Source: Escherichia phage TH12
Sequence record: MT446390.1
Length of the DNA stretch: 64,000 nucleotides
Strand: one strand, 5' to 3'
The notes below the pieces were generated by a model. The model did not search any database, was not told the origin of the DNA, and was given only the letters and a program-made list of their open reading frames with translations. The position numbers and the translations under genes are program-made. Positions 13,019 to 24,850 of this stretch are shown piece after piece (position 1 is the stretch's first letter; each line of letters begins with the position of its first letter).

Positions 13019-14569
13019 TTAGTAATGGACTTTAATAATATAATTTAAAGATATATTCCATGGACGAGTCTCATATCCGATAAGTCCTTCACGGTTAAGA
13101 GTGCCCAATGCGTCGCGGTGACCACCTAATTCGAAGCCGTCATTTGTGAAATATGATGCATTATCCCAATCAGAGTATTTTCTAGTACCCAAATAACCTT
13201 GATATACGGATGCTCCGAACGGCGCCTCATGCCGATTATATTCGCCCCATCCACCAGCGTGTTTATGATATGACATTTGCTGTGCTTGGACACCACCAAC
13301 ATGCATGCCGTCACATCCTACACCTAATCTATCCTTTCCATAGCCGTCTTGACCGCGATTATTTAAAATATGGCTGCCTGTACCGGCTCCTCTAACAAAA
13401 AGACCGCGCATGTCTGGAATTCCAGGATTATTCCAATCACCGCCAAATCTTGTTCCAACCACATTTCGATAGTCCGGAAATTGGTCTCCAGAAATGGTCC
13501 CGCCATGACATAAAACCCAACCTGGAGGAGCGCTATCACCTGCGAACATTTGAATTGTTCCAACAGGAACACGTTCAGATGCATATCGCTCTGTTGCAAC
13601 CGGCTGGTCACCGTTTTTCCACATTCCGCCACGTGACCAAATTCCATTTGCTGTGAGATGGTCTAAATTTAAAGAACCATTAATAGTTTGCCCACCGCGT
13701 GTATTAATTACATCTGCGTTCCATGCTAATGCTCCAGAGCTATCGCCTTCGGGTGCAACACCGGCCTGTGTCGTTAATTTTACGACTCCACGCATAGAAC
13801 CGGTAGCTCCTCTACCATTTAGCGTTTCACCCGTTACAGCAACATCTCCTAAATTACTATTAATTTCCGCTTGTGTTCCTAGACGTATAACACCTTTATA
13901 TTCTTGTGTTGCAACAGAATTCATAAAGGTATACGGGGAAATTGCATATCCTTCGCGAAGAGTTCCTTGACGTGTTTGAGCCACCGTAGCTAAACGCACA
14001 ACACCGGTAATAGATTCTGAAGCCGGGTCGTTATTAGGAGCTATTTGAGAAATTAATTTTATTGCTAATTGCTGAGTTTTAAGCGGTGTCATTGCTGTGG
14101 TATCATCAGACCCGGCAAGTGCAGCGGTTTGAGTTGCAATTTTAATAACACCATTAGTTGTTTCGGTGGAATAACGAGTAGAGAACGTGTTATCAATAGT
14201 TTGGTTTAATTTAAGCGGAGTAATAGAAACAGTGTCTAAAGTGCCGGCAATGGCTTCCTCTTGTGTTGCATATTTAGTTACACCGTATTGTGTTTCTGAC
14301 GCGTTCGGATACTGAAGTCTTGCATTTAATGTGGCGGGTGTAACAGCTTTAGTACTATTAAATCCATCAAGAACTTCTTGTTCTGTCGCTAATTGAATTA
14401 CACCTTTTTCTGCTTCACTTGCGTCCGGAACACCTTTAACACCATACGCGCTAATTGAGGCTAAGGCTGCCTGGACATTGGTTATTGAACTATCAAAATT
14501 TGACCCTACCGGGTCAAATTCAACATATACAGATTCGTTCGAAACGTGTTGATATGTATTGTTACTCAT
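13019..14569 (-). CDS. 12: short tail fiber protein gp12
   Basis: 516 aa; position between wac and gene 11; size as T4 gp12. Confidence 0.9.
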   Translation of the reverse strand: MSNNTYQHVSNESVYVEFDPVGSNFDSSITNVQAALASISAYGVKGVPDASEAEKGVIQLATEQEVLDGFNSTKAVTPATLNARLQYPNASETQYGVTKYATQEEAIAGTLDTVSITPLKLNQTIDNTFSTRYSTETTNGVIKIATQTAALAGSDDTTAMTPLKTQQLAIKLISQIAPNNDPASESITGVVRLATVAQTRQGTLREGYAISPYTFMNSVATQEYKGVIRLGTQAEINSNLGDVAVTGETLNGRGATGSMRGVVKLTTQAGVAPEGDSSGALAWNADVINTRGGQTINGSLNLDHLTANGIWSRGGMWKNGDQPVATERYASERVPVGTIQMFAGDSAPPGWVLCHGGTISGDQFPDYRNVVGTRFGGDWNNPGIPDMRGLFVRGAGTGSHILNNRGQDGYGKDRLGVGCDGMHVGGVQAQQMSYHKHAGGWGEYNRHEAPFGASVYQGYLGTRKYSDWDNASYFTNDGFELGGHRDALGTLNREGLIGYETRPWNISLNYIIKVHY

Positions 14570-15243
14570 GCGGTTCTCACAAAATAATAAAAGGTTGTAG
14601 GTGAAATATGGTTGTCAAGAGTAATGGTTTGCGCACCTAGTAAATTCCAAGTGCCGTACCCGGACTTAGCCTGAGACACTATTTCTTGAGAAACCGTGAT
14701 ACCATAAGAGGAATACGTTGGGAGTACGTGTCTTTGGTTATCTAAATATGTTATTTGTAATTTAGTCCCAACAGTAGGGTCATCTTTATACTCTGCAATA
14801 GCCAATTGGTCGGAAATCGCATTCCGGAGAGTAGTACGTAATTGTACAACAAATTCGTCGGCTGTCATACCTACAGTAGCATTAACAGGAAGCCCGTAAA
14901 CTTTTACAATAACAGGGCTTCCATCGGGCAAACTAGGGTCAGTTACACTTCCACTAAAGGACCAATAATCTACCTGTGAAGTTCCTTCAGGAGATACACC
15001 TGAGGTGTTAATTGTAACTGTTCCTACATCTGCTCTAGCAATATTATGAACATCGTTTATTGCAGATTCTACGTTATCATCATAGAATCCTTTTGCCAAT
15101 TGAGAAATAGTTACAGAACCTACGCCTTGGTTGTTTAAAATATCAATTTGAGTAGGATTTTTTCTAAATCCTAAAAAATCTGCTTCGCGGGATATTACTC
15201 CCGCTTTAGTACTAAGTATGGTCATTATGCAATCCTTACCCAA
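14566..15243 (-). CDS. 11: baseplate wedge / short-tail-fiber connector gp11
   Basis: 225 aa; T4 synteny 10-11-12. Confidence 0.85.
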   Translation of the reverse strand: MGKDCIMTILSTKAGVISREADFLGFRKNPTQIDILNNQGVGSVTISQLAKGFYDDNVESAINDVHNIARADVGTVTINTSGVSPEGTSQVDYWSFSGSVTDPSLPDGSPVIVKVYGLPVNATVGMTADEFVVQLRTTLRNAISDQLAIAEYKDDPTVGTKLQITYLDNQRHVLPTYSSYGITVSQEIVSQAKSGYGTWNLLGAQTITLDNHISPTTFYYFVRTA

Positions 15244-17039
15244 CGGTATACGGTAATTGACGGTTGAATATTATTTACAGCTTGAGGCGGTACGTGTGTA
15301 CTATTCGTTGTGGCGTGGCCTTCACGGTATTTGGTGTATATAGGACCTTCTGCATCAGGGTCGTATTGACAACCACCAATAATAATTGTACCGTTCTCAT
15401 CGGAAATAAGAACTTTCTCGTCAGTTTGAGTAGGAGGTAAATCAGAATTAGTTAGTGTGTTAGACGTTGTTCCGACTGTTCCACCGGCGGTATGTGTAGG
15501 ATTCCCGCTAGAATCAAGGTCGTTATTATTTAATGCAAAATTAGGATCGCTAATATCGTCGTTCCATCCAACTAATACTTTTCCTTGTCCCCATAATTTC
15601 CAAGAGCCAAATCCTAAATATGTGGCTGGGTTATTAGGGTTCACTGCATTTTCGTAAATAGTACCGACAGGGTAAATGGTGTTAAAAATATTTGCAATAG
15701 ACGAGAATTCCCTGCTATATGCCGGAACAGATTCTACATTAGGCCATCCGATATTATTGAAATCGGTCAAAGCCACATCGCCGGTCACATTTACGGTTGC
15801 ACCTTGTGCGACATACCTTTCATCAGTTGTATCTAAAATGTCATCGATACTTAATAAAGTGCCTAAATCGTTATTAAACCATGTAATATCAATAATGTCT
15901 TGGTCTTCAAACTTACGGTCAAAGACTAAAGCACGTGCAATAGTTGCATCGTTATCATCATATTCAATAGAATAATCGGTATTAGATGTAACCCAAGTCC
16001 CACCTAAAGCTGAACACTCGGTAGAAGTTTCTGCATCAGCACCTTCACATCTGAACATAGGTAAACCAACAGTACCAGCTAATTCTTGAAGAATACCGTT
16101 AAAACGAACTTCTAAAGAATTGGTATTGACCGGTTCTGAAGGATTAACTCCAAATGCCGAAAAAGGAATAGATTTCAAAGTTGACAAATCAGCGACATAT
16201 ACACTTCCTTCTAAGGAAGGACGGGTTGTTAATTTCGAATCTAAAATACGTATTTGGCGGCGAGAATAAGAACTGCGTAATTGTGTAATCCCATCCAAAA
16301 AGGTTTCAATTTGTACGGTGTCGCCAATATTACATGGTTGTCTTAAACGGATGTTTTTACCATCTAATGCAACGATTTCTCCAGGATTAGCTCCTGGAGA
16401 ACCAAAGTCACTATTGTCACTGAACGCATCACCGTAGTATAATTCGTTACCACGATGTTTTACACGGATATTATTCACATTATAAGAAACAGACCCAAAT
16501 ACATCAAGAAAATCAGTTTGGCCTTGAACTTCGACTAAAAATTCTTTACGAGCTACACTACTAATATCAGAACTAGTAATTTTGTCTATTTGTTTATTTT
16601 TAACGTATTCCCAGCGCCCAGGAGAACAGTAAACTAATTCTAAGTCTGAAAACTGCACATTGATTTCTACTGGGCTAGAAGAACCTTTAATAGTATCACC
16701 ACTGGCAGCAATTAATGTTACAGGGTTAATATTCCATGTGGCGAATACATCACGGGCTCTAATTACTTTATTATAATCTTCCACTGTTCCTTTAGGTAAA
16801 TTTATAGAAACACGCCCTGTTGAAGTATCAATTGCGTATGATTTACCCCATTCAGCAGCTAAATTAAGTCCATCTGAAGAATGGTATGTTTTCCAGGCAC
16901 CAGCGGAATATGGAACTTCGCCATCGCCTAATTCATAATACAACTCATCAAAGTTTTCATTAATTTTTGCACCACCACGACGAAGGTAATCGCCTTGTCC
17001 GTCATCAACGACGTTCCCAATTTTAATATTTTGTTTCAT
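15225..17039 (-). CDS. 10: baseplate wedge protein gp10
   Basis: 604 aa; T4 synteny and size. Confidence 0.9.
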   Translation of the reverse strand: MKQNIKIGNVVDDGQGDYLRRGGAKINENFDELYYELGDGEVPYSAGAWKTYHSSDGLNLAAEWGKSYAIDTSTGRVSINLPKGTVEDYNKVIRARDVFATWNINPVTLIAASGDTIKGSSSPVEINVQFSDLELVYCSPGRWEYVKNKQIDKITSSDISSVARKEFLVEVQGQTDFLDVFGSVSYNVNNIRVKHRGNELYYGDAFSDNSDFGSPGANPGEIVALDGKNIRLRQPCNIGDTVQIETFLDGITQLRSSYSRRQIRILDSKLTTRPSLEGSVYVADLSTLKSIPFSAFGVNPSEPVNTNSLEVRFNGILQELAGTVGLPMFRCEGADAETSTECSALGGTWVTSNTDYSIEYDDNDATIARALVFDRKFEDQDIIDITWFNNDLGTLLSIDDILDTTDERYVAQGATVNVTGDVALTDFNNIGWPNVESVPAYSREFSSIANIFNTIYPVGTIYENAVNPNNPATYLGFGSWKLWGQGKVLVGWNDDISDPNFALNNNDLDSSGNPTHTAGGTVGTTSNTLTNSDLPPTQTDEKVLISDENGTIIIGGCQYDPDAEGPIYTKYREGHATTNSTHVPPQAVNNIQPSITVYRWVRIA

Positions 17040-17902
17040 TATTGAGCGACCCTAATTTTCTGAGTTGAAATAACTTTAGCTGCCACTCGAAGACCATTTA
17101 TATGTGAAGAAACTGTCATAGTGGCAAAATTGTTAATTATCGAAAAACTAATATTCGCAATTTCATCTTCTTCGTTATCATTACCAACGCGCATCACTGC
17201 GTATTCGGTTGAAATAACTCTTGAATTAATTGTATCTATTAGAATATTTATTTCACATGATTTAATTTTTCTGCCGTTGGCAGATTGGCATGTAACCAAA
17301 AGTTTAGCAGCATTATATTCAGTTTTATAAAATAGAGGAATATTGACATAGTCTGAAATAATATTCCATGTCCCGTCTACAGGAATTTCGGTATGACTAA
17401 ACATACTTTCTGTAGAATAATCCCATATTGAACCGCCTGTACCAGAAGAAATACAACGAAGAGTAACTTTAGTATAAGGTGTAGTTATAACTAAATTACC
17501 TGCAACACCTTTAATAGAATCTAATGCTTGGATACTTAATGGGTTGTTTACCGAAATTGACCCGTTTGAATTTATAAATTCCACGGAATCACCGAGTTCA
17601 CCTCTAGCAACAGTAACAATAACACCACCGGTGGAAGCATCTATGTCGTGTCTACTTCCTACTGGAACAGGGGTGAAATAATCAGTAGGACCTCCTTTTT
17701 GGTAGTATCCAGTAGCATGGATTATTTGTCCATTTGGTCCTGTCCCATTAGCAGTTGCCATTTTTCGTTGGTCACCAAACGCATTGTAAATAGCATTTAT
17801 ATCATTGTTTATTTTAACACCGCCGTCAAAAAGGATATCGCCTGTAGAAGCGTTACCAATTTCGCCAACGTCAATCAATTGTTTTGGAGTTTGAATATAC
17901 AT
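17039..17902 (-). CDS. 9: baseplate wedge / long-tail-fiber attachment protein gp9
   Basis: 287 aa; MYIQTPKQLIDVGEIGNASTGDILFDGGVKINNDINAIYNAFGDQRK... Confidence 0.9.
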   Translation of the reverse strand: MYIQTPKQLIDVGEIGNASTGDILFDGGVKINNDINAIYNAFGDQRKMATANGTGPNGQIIHATGYYQKGGPTDYFTPVPVGSRHDIDASTGGVIVTVARGELGDSVEFINSNGSISVNNPLSIQALDSIKGVAGNLVITTPYTKVTLRCISSGTGGSIWDYSTESMFSHTEIPVDGTWNIISDYVNIPLFYKTEYNAAKLLVTCQSANGRKIKSCEINILIDTINSRVISTEYAVMRVGNDNEEDEIANISFSIINNFATMTVSSHINGLRVAAKVISTQKIRVAQ

Positions 17903-17927
17903 ATGGCTAATCCTTAATAGTTTATAC

Positions 17928-17935
17928 TATTTATA
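17928..17935 (-). promoter_or_regulatory. late promoter TATAAATA upstream of gene 9
   Basis: Plus-strand TATTTATA 26 nt upstream of gene 9 ATG. Confidence 0.55.
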
Positions 17936-17942
17936 CACGAAA

Positions 17943-17960
17943 GGGAGACCGAAGTCTCCC
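17943..17960 (-). terminator. terminator hairpin after gene 8
   Basis: GGGAGAC-cgaa-GTCTCCC tetraloop hairpin between gene 8 stop and the gene 9 late promoter. Confidence 0.5.
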
Positions 17961-17964
17961 TAAA

Positions 17965-18969
17965 TTAGAACATAAACAAAATATTGATCTCTTCGGTTTG
18001 GTCCATTGCCATAATAATAGGTGGACGGTTTTCCATATAAATCATTTCACCAGAATGACGCTGTAAATCTCTGGGGTCATAATAATCCTTTTCAGCTTTT
18101 ATATTAGGGTCATTAGGACGGAGTTTAGCTTCCAACGGGTTTGTGATAATAGAAATTTGTCTAAATCCTTTATTACCAGGCAGTGCTGCATTAGGGAAAT
18201 AAACTGAGTCTAAATAGGCTTTAAAACGAATTATGTTTGCTTTAACTCTATACACAAGGCCAAAATCATCTTGTTGCCAGGTTAGATTGTTTTCATATCC
18301 CCAACGAGCAGGGTCTTCTTTAACTTCTTCTGGCCATGGAACGACTATATATTCATTAGTACATCGGTTTATAGACACATCGGGTGGAATCTCATAAAGA
18401 TACTCCCATATATATCCATCGCCAACTTCGATAATCCCTTCAGCATCTCCACGGCCTTCAGGAGGGGTTAAAGACCTAACAGATGGTGTCCATTTACCGC
18501 CTAATTTAAGACATTCTTCTTTGTTGTCGAGAGACTCAATAGAACACATCCCGACATCAGGAACATCTACGCACCGGTATACTAACCATCCAGCTCCGAC
18601 TTCAGTGGCATTATATGGGGCTGTATTACATACGACTATATCATTTATTTTGAATGTATAAGGGTCCGGATAACGAATATCTCCCCAGTCACGTCTAGGA
18701 ATAACCGAGTCTAACATAGATGGGATAACTTTAACTAAACCCATCATGTTAGTCCACATATCTGTTACACCTAAAACCGAGTCTGTTGGATACGGTGGGG
18801 CGAAGCCCACCTCATTTTCATTAGCAGCCCATGGTTCAGACCGACCAAACGTTATAAAGATGGTGTTTTTATTATCACCATCACCTATTGAATTGTAAAA
18901 ATTCAACATTTTTTCAGTTCTAAATTTTGAAGTAACTATCGCACGATAGACAACACTTGAATCATTCAT
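17965..18969 (-). CDS. 8: baseplate wedge protein gp8
   Basis: 334 aa; T4 synteny and size. Confidence 0.9.
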   Translation of the reverse strand: MNDSSVVYRAIVTSKFRTEKMLNFYNSIGDGDNKNTIFITFGRSEPWAANENEVGFAPPYPTDSVLGVTDMWTNMMGLVKVIPSMLDSVIPRRDWGDIRYPDPYTFKINDIVVCNTAPYNATEVGAGWLVYRCVDVPDVGMCSIESLDNKEECLKLGGKWTPSVRSLTPPEGRGDAEGIIEVGDGYIWEYLYEIPPDVSINRCTNEYIVVPWPEEVKEDPARWGYENNLTWQQDDFGLVYRVKANIIRFKAYLDSVYFPNAALPGNKGFRQISIITNPLEAKLRPNDPNIKAEKDYYDPRDLQRHSGEMIYMENRPPIIMAMDQTEEINILFMF

Positions 18970-21900
18970 CTAATTTAACCTGTGGTGGATTAATCGGGTC
19001 TCTAGGATTTCCCACGTTATCTAACAATCTTTCATTAACAAGCTCTCTAAATCTAGAGAACGTTGTACCTGATGCATCAAATAATGGGCTCATTGGCTTG
19101 CGTCGTTCGGACGGTAATTGTCCTTGGAAAATAGAGTTATCATTTTCTTCATTATAATTTGCAGGTAAAGGGTATTCGATACCAGCATAAGGACCAGCAT
19201 CATAAATTACTTCACCTGTAACAGGATTGAATTCTACATTACCTTGAGGGTCTAAACGAGCGACGCGGTCTGCATATTCCATAGGCAGTCCGGAATCCCA
19301 CTTATAATTTTTATATTTATTAATAATAGTTTCAACATGTTTAAGCGTTAATCCTGTATTAATAAACATTGTTAATAAGGTTATTGCAATAAATCCAAAT
19401 CCTACCGGATGTACAAAACGCAGTACGTCAGATTTCCAACGAGAGGATGGAAGATTTGACTTTATTTTCATGACGTAATAAGCTCTACCACGATTAAAAT
19501 AATCGATAGTGTTTTGGGCAAGTTCTTTACCTTTAATACCGCGAACTATTTCACCTTCAAAATCTGCTAGTCTTTCGGCTTTTACTTCTTGACCGACTAA
19601 AAGCCTACCTAAAAGGTTATGAATAGTCACAGTCCATTGTAATTTACCTTTAGAATAGCTTCTTTCTAAATATGTAACATTACATCTACCTGTAGCGGTG
19701 TATATAGTTTGTCCAACCAAATCTTCACTTATAGAATCAGATTGAATTATGATATCGTACTCTGTTCCAGCAGATGACTCAATTTCCACTTCAACGTCTT
19801 CGTTATAAAGAACTTTAAACAAAAACTTATACGACGCTTCAGTTCCTTTAGTAGAATAAAAATCGTAACTTCTGGACTCAAAGAACCTAGAAACTAAATC
19901 ACGTTTCTCAGCATTCAAATAAATGTTCCGTTTATAAATTTCAGACCAAAGATATTCCCATGCGTGTTCTTCTCGTGGGTATTTATTTTTAATCAAATTC
20001 AATAAGTTATTATAATGAGTCCCGTATCCATCAGAAAGATATTGAATATACGCTTCACAAAATGCTTCAAAGTTTGTATTATCCAACAGATAAGACTCTG
20101 GCATCATTGTAGTGAGTAATGGGCGTAAATCCGGGTCAGCTAGACCTGTCTCTTCAACAGGAACCCAAGAAGTTTCTTTTTCTTGGTTTTGTAATGAGGC
20201 GGTCAAAAATACGTTAGTGGGCTTCCAAATTATAGAAACGTTATCTCTAACACGATAACTAAAATCGTAATATGAAATTATTTCACCTGATGATTTATAA
20301 AACAACATACCAGATGCGTATTTTTTAAATCCAGTGAATTCTATATTCGGCATAACAATCTTACAATCACCATCATTCCAGTATTCATGAACTTTACGAT
20401 CAGGTGAAGTGCTAGGGTGGCTTTCCACTACCTTTGTGTAAAGCAAATCAGAATAAATCACTACCGCTCTATCAGAGTTATTAATCCAAGAACGTGTGCC
20501 TGATTTTCTAGAATAACTAAAGAAAGGTTCTGCATAATACTGCATAGGAGTTGGTGAAAAAGTTTCCCAATTACTTTCTTCGTTTGATGCGAAAATCATC
20601 ATATGGTAATGTTTATCTGCGAGCCATTCTCTAGGATATTCATACTTAACTGCTCCTAAAAGTCCATACTTAGATTGCGTTTCTGGGTCGTCAACAATAT
20701 CAGATTCTAAAAATTTAAAATTACTAGAAGAGATATAAAGCTCAACACCATCAGTAGACATATTGGTGAAAGCCGGTTCTATACGACGGCGTTCTTCTTC
20801 GGTATTACCAAATATCCTTTTAAATGTTCCAGCGTCATGGTCTAAAACGTATACACCTTTATCAACGGAATCTAAAATAGGCTTTGTTCTTGGGTCGTCA
20901 TTAACGTTTTCGACTTCACCAATAATAAGAGCGAATATTCTTCCACCAACAGAATCCATTTTATAACAAACTGCTTTAGGGTTGCCTGTTATTGTAAACG
21001 TCTCAGGTTCAAACAACCGTTCGGAATAGGTCGGAGATAATGGATCTGAATCAATAGGAGCGTTACTGGTTTTAACGAAGCGAACTTTATCTCTGGCCGC
21101 AATATAAACATAGTCATCATTACAAGTAATAGCTTCTGCAATACGTGATACGTTTCCTGGTAATGATGCGTATGTACCGAAAATCTCTACATCAAAACCT
21201 AAATTTAATCGGTCCCCGATTTTAGCAAATGTTACATCTTGTGAACTGAAACGAACATCATCAGCAGACCAACGAATATCGGATGATTTACGCCCGTAAA
21301 AAATCTTATCATAGCCGAGCAAATACGTCGTATATTCTGATTGGTAATATACAGTTCGTGAAAGCGGATATCCTACACGGTCATTAAGCAATTTAACCGC
21401 TTTCCATGTTTGGCCTTTATCATTAGACACTTTTACAATAGGTTGGAATCTTTCAAAAAGGTAAAGAATTCCTTCAGATTCCATTAGATATACTCGATTT
21501 ATATCTTTACATACGTCCTGGATATGCCCCTGGATTTCATGATACCGATTTTCACCAATTATAAAATTTCTAATCGATGACACATCGGTGTATGCAGGAC
21601 TAAATTGGAACGACTCGCTCATCAGTGCTGCCATGATAGTGTCATTATTAAAATCAACGTAGTTTGTATTATTTTTTGTAAATTTTTCAGAAATAAACTC
21701 GTTAGCTAATTGCATTTCAATCATATGTTGGAATGTGTAAGCGTTTATTTCAAATGTTTCAAACTCTTCGGTGTATCTCCAATCAGACTGCTCAAATCCC
21801 TCCGCTGCTGTAGCCACACGCATCATATATGTTGTTAATGAATTTAAACCAGACTCAAAGAAATTGTTATCAGCGGTATATCCTAAATTAGTCCATCTAT

Positions 21901-22060
21901 AGCTATTACGGGGAATTGCTTCCCCATTAGCTGTTTTGGTCTCAGCTATTTCCACAAAATAGTAGAAATTAGCGCCAACCTCATCCCAGCGAATTTGAAC
22001 TTGGTTTGCGGACAATTTAGATAATCTGAGACTCGTGACTGCTGGCGCTTTTACTGTCAT
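18962..22060 (-). CDS. 7: baseplate wedge initiator gp7
   Basis: 1032 aa, same length as T4 gp7. Confidence 0.9.
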   Translation of the reverse strand: MTVKAPAVTSLRLSKLSANQVQIRWDEVGANFYYFVEIAETKTANGEAIPRNSYRWTNLGYTADNNFFESGLNSLTTYMMRVATAAEGFEQSDWRYTEEFETFEINAYTFQHMIEMQLANEFISEKFTKNNTNYVDFNNDTIMAALMSESFQFSPAYTDVSSIRNFIIGENRYHEIQGHIQDVCKDINRVYLMESEGILYLFERFQPIVKVSNDKGQTWKAVKLLNDRVGYPLSRTVYYQSEYTTYLLGYDKIFYGRKSSDIRWSADDVRFSSQDVTFAKIGDRLNLGFDVEIFGTYASLPGNVSRIAEAITCNDDYVYIAARDKVRFVKTSNAPIDSDPLSPTYSERLFEPETFTITGNPKAVCYKMDSVGGRIFALIIGEVENVNDDPRTKPILDSVDKGVYVLDHDAGTFKRIFGNTEEERRRIEPAFTNMSTDGVELYISSSNFKFLESDIVDDPETQSKYGLLGAVKYEYPREWLADKHYHMMIFASNEESNWETFSPTPMQYYAEPFFSYSRKSGTRSWINNSDRAVVIYSDLLYTKVVESHPSTSPDRKVHEYWNDGDCKIVMPNIEFTGFKKYASGMLFYKSSGEIISYYDFSYRVRDNVSIIWKPTNVFLTASLQNQEKETSWVPVEETGLADPDLRPLLTTMMPESYLLDNTNFEAFCEAYIQYLSDGYGTHYNNLLNLIKNKYPREEHAWEYLWSEIYKRNIYLNAEKRDLVSRFFESRSYDFYSTKGTEASYKFLFKVLYNEDVEVEIESSAGTEYDIIIQSDSISEDLVGQTIYTATGRCNVTYLERSYSKGKLQWTVTIHNLLGRLLVGQEVKAERLADFEGEIVRGIKGKELAQNTIDYFNRGRAYYVMKIKSNLPSSRWKSDVLRFVHPVGFGFIAITLLTMFINTGLTLKHVETIINKYKNYKWDSGLPMEYADRVARLDPQGNVEFNPVTGEVIYDAGPYAGIEYPLPANYNEENDNSIFQGQLPSERRKPMSPLFDASGTTFSRFRELVNERLLDNVGNPRDPINPPQVKLDE

Positions 22061-24027
22061 TGTGAAATAGGCTCCAAATCTATGGTTAAATATTGTGGAC
22101 GTAAGTCATTTTCAAATACAATTAATGACCCGTCTTTAGTAAAGATAACATCATCAGCTGGGTCTGAATAGAGTTCAATAGTTTGAACTTCAAATCTATC
22201 GGAAGTTAAATCAATTTTAGCTATATTCCAATAAATTGAATCAGCTGGATAATTTACTTCACCTATAGAGTAATATTTGTTTCTTCCGTCCGTAACATGA
22301 AGTTTATTAAAATCGTCACCAGTATATGGTTGAATATAAGCATTTTCTATAACGTCGCCATCTGCAAACGGGCCAATAATAACTTGTCCAATGCCACGGT
22401 CATTTCTATCTGAACCTACAATGCGAACGTCGTATTTAATAGTAGCTTCCGTTTCAGGGTCAACGCGTAAACTATCAAATGAAAACACGTTAGATTCTAA
22501 TGTTCTATCTTTAATCTGGTTATTGTATTTAATACCTGTTTCAGGTGTTTTGTAGAAGTTCTGTACCTCGCGAACCATTTGAATAGTCGCAGACGAACCA
22601 ATGATAGAAATATCTGCGTCATCGACATACGTTAGCATTTTAGATTTTGCGAATGACGAGTTAAAAATTTCCACGTCTTCAATATAATACCGGTCGATTT
22701 TATTAATAATTTGGCCTTCTAACCATTGTTCAGATTCCTGTAATTTGTTCAATGCATACGTAACGCGAATATTCATTTTAATAAACAAATAATCAGGAGA
22801 AATAACAACAGGAGTTATCGTCCCTAAGTTATACTCATTAAGATAATTTTTAATATCGTCTCGTTGGACGGAAGTCAAATATAACCCAGACTTAGGTTTA
22901 GCAGCAATAAATGCGTACCCAGGCTTAGATGAATCCGTAAATGTCTGAACCGCTTGAATAATAGAACCAAATCGTTCAGAGACGAATGTGTCGTAATCTG
23001 TCGCAGTCACACATCGTTGTTGAGTTTCGCGTTTAATTGTACCTAATTCACGGATACGTTCAATATCTTCAGGGTCGCCACCGCCATCCGCACCAACGAA
23101 GTCAGGGTTATTACTTGGGTTTTCATTAATTCCAATAACTGTGATATTAGCTAATGTATCAGCATAAGAGAATCCTACTGCACCATTTGCTTCAGCACCA
23201 TTAGTAGAAATATATTCAATTACGATTTTAGAACCCTGGACAGGTTTAAGGCCGCCAACGTAGTTAGATGTTAAAGCACCTTCTGATGTGTTAATAGAGA
23301 TTTCACCTTCACCAAAATAAAATTCAGTGTTCCCGTCAACAGTTTCTCGCATATAATAAATGGTTGAAGTAGAACCAGCATGAACCATCGATTTGCGAGT
23401 CCAGTTAATCCATTCTGCTCCGTCAACATACAATTTAACCAAATTACGGTCAATGTTCTTATCACGAATAATGATAGGTTTTAATTTATCAAATGTTAAT
23501 TCAGTACGAACAATACGTCCCTGAGCTAACCTAAGACGTGGGAAATATTGATTATTTTTGTCTTTAACTACAATGACGTCTTCTGTGGAAACAAAGTTAT
23601 ATGGATTTACAGAAGTACCTTTAGCATACGCCAGGAAACGAGTACCACGTGGAATAGTGATATAGTTTCTATTTAATGCATCCGTACATGTGAGCATAAT
23701 TTCTGTTTGTGCTGCCGATTTAGATGAAGGCAGGTATCCGTTATCTTGAGCCGCTTGTACAACAGAGCTACGCAAGTTTGCAGTGCGCATAAAGCTTTCA
23801 TACACCGCACTATTACTGAACTGTTGGATATAAAGAGTATTATATGCTAAAAGGTCGCACAATACGTTTAAACGCGAACCTTCAAAATCATAATCAAGAA
23901 ATTCGTTCTGTCCATTGAGCCATTCGATAATGTTTTGTTTGATTTCGGCAAATGTGCCCCCGATAAAAATCTCGGGAATAGCATTCGCTGTTCGGGTTAA
24001 TTGATAATTTACAGGAGTGTTTGCCAT
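22057..24027 (-). CDS. 6: baseplate wedge protein gp6
   Basis: Start moved to internal Met (MANTPVNYQLTRTANAIPEIFIGG...), the T4 gp6 N-terminus; ORF track extends 19 codons further upstream. Confidence 0.9.
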   Translation of the reverse strand: MANTPVNYQLTRTANAIPEIFIGGTFAEIKQNIIEWLNGQNEFLDYDFEGSRLNVLCDLLAYNTLYIQQFSNSAVYESFMRTANLRSSVVQAAQDNGYLPSSKSAAQTEIMLTCTDALNRNYITIPRGTRFLAYAKGTSVNPYNFVSTEDVIVVKDKNNQYFPRLRLAQGRIVRTELTFDKLKPIIIRDKNIDRNLVKLYVDGAEWINWTRKSMVHAGSTSTIYYMRETVDGNTEFYFGEGEISINTSEGALTSNYVGGLKPVQGSKIVIEYISTNGAEANGAVGFSYADTLANITVIGINENPSNNPDFVGADGGGDPEDIERIRELGTIKRETQQRCVTATDYDTFVSERFGSIIQAVQTFTDSSKPGYAFIAAKPKSGLYLTSVQRDDIKNYLNEYNLGTITPVVISPDYLFIKMNIRVTYALNKLQESEQWLEGQIINKIDRYYIEDVEIFNSSFAKSKMLTYVDDADISIIGSSATIQMVREVQNFYKTPETGIKYNNQIKDRTLESNVFSFDSLRVDPETEATIKYDVRIVGSDRNDRGIGQVIIGPFADGDVIENAYIQPYTGDDFNKLHVTDGRNKYYSIGEVNYPADSIYWNIAKIDLTSDRFEVQTIELYSDPADDVIFTKDGSLIVFENDLRPQYLTIDLEPISQ

Positions 24028-24035
24028 TTTAATTC

Positions 24036-24329
24036 CTATTTGATAAAGACTTTTGACGAGGCCTGAGAAACAGTATCCCCGCATGAAATTGGGTCAGCCA
24101 TTTGAACGGCCTTTTTACCGGTGACATATACTTTAGATGTACGAGGTTCAGTAACACCTCCATGAGTCTCGTATGGTTTTTTAATTTCTGTATGAGGTGT
24201 TATTTGGTCTCCTGCTACAAGAACAGGAATACCACCGGTGAATACTTTAGATTGAGAAGCGTTAATTACCGTAGGAGGCCATGCTTCATGACCTGTTGTA
24301 ACGCACTGGTCGTAACTTAAGCCAGACAT
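24036..24329 (-). CDS. 5.4: gp5.4 PAAR-repeat spike tip protein
   Basis: Start at internal Met ([26 protein letters not shown]...); about 97 aa; T4 gp5.4 family. Confidence 0.85.
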   Translation of the reverse strand: MSGLSYDQCVTTGHEAWPPTVINASQSKVFTGGIPVLVAGDQITPHTEIKKPYETHGGVTEPRTSKVYVTGKKAVQMADPISCGDTVSQASSKVFIK

Positions 24330-24331
24330 TT

Positions 24332-24847
24332 TTATGGCCTCATATAAACATAGTTTCGTAATTGTTGTGCCCATTTGCTCCAATTTCCTACTATAGTTTT
24401 TGTATAAACCTTAGTAAGAGTTTTTTGTACTGGAGCCGGTGGAGGTTCTGCACCAGAGTCACTTCTTGTGCCGCCTGATGAACTTTCTTCTTGGTAGTTA
24501 TAAATCATTTCAACCGTATAACTAAACACTTTACGAAGATTCTGAGGAGCTCTCCACAAATATAACTGTGCGGATTCATCTTTCGGTAAATCATCCCATG
24601 AAGATGCAGTTTTAAAATCATCATTTAATCGATATTTCAATGCATCCGAAGAAAAGCTAAACACACTTTCATATGTTCCATATAAACGATTACCATCTAC
24701 CGTAATGCCTTGTGTCGGTTCATAATCTGTTATATTTATTGACACTAAAGTTTCGGACGTTTCTAGCTGAGGAGTAAAAAGGACGTCAATAGACGCCCCT
24801 TCCATGTCTTCTCCTAAGTCGGTATTTAAAGGAAGTATTTGTGCCAT
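24332..24847 (-). CDS. 5.1: gp5.1-like hypothetical protein
   Basis: 171 aa ORF between genes 5 and 5.4; assigned by position only. Confidence 0.55.
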   Translation of the reverse strand: MAQILPLNTDLGEDMEGASIDVLFTPQLETSETLVSINITDYEPTQGITVDGNRLYGTYESVFSFSSDALKYRLNDDFKTASSWDDLPKDESAQLYLWRAPQNLRKVFSYTVEMIYNYQEESSSGGTRSDSGAEPPPAPVQKTLTKVYTKTIVGNWSKWAQQLRNYVYMRP

Positions 24848-24850
24848 ATA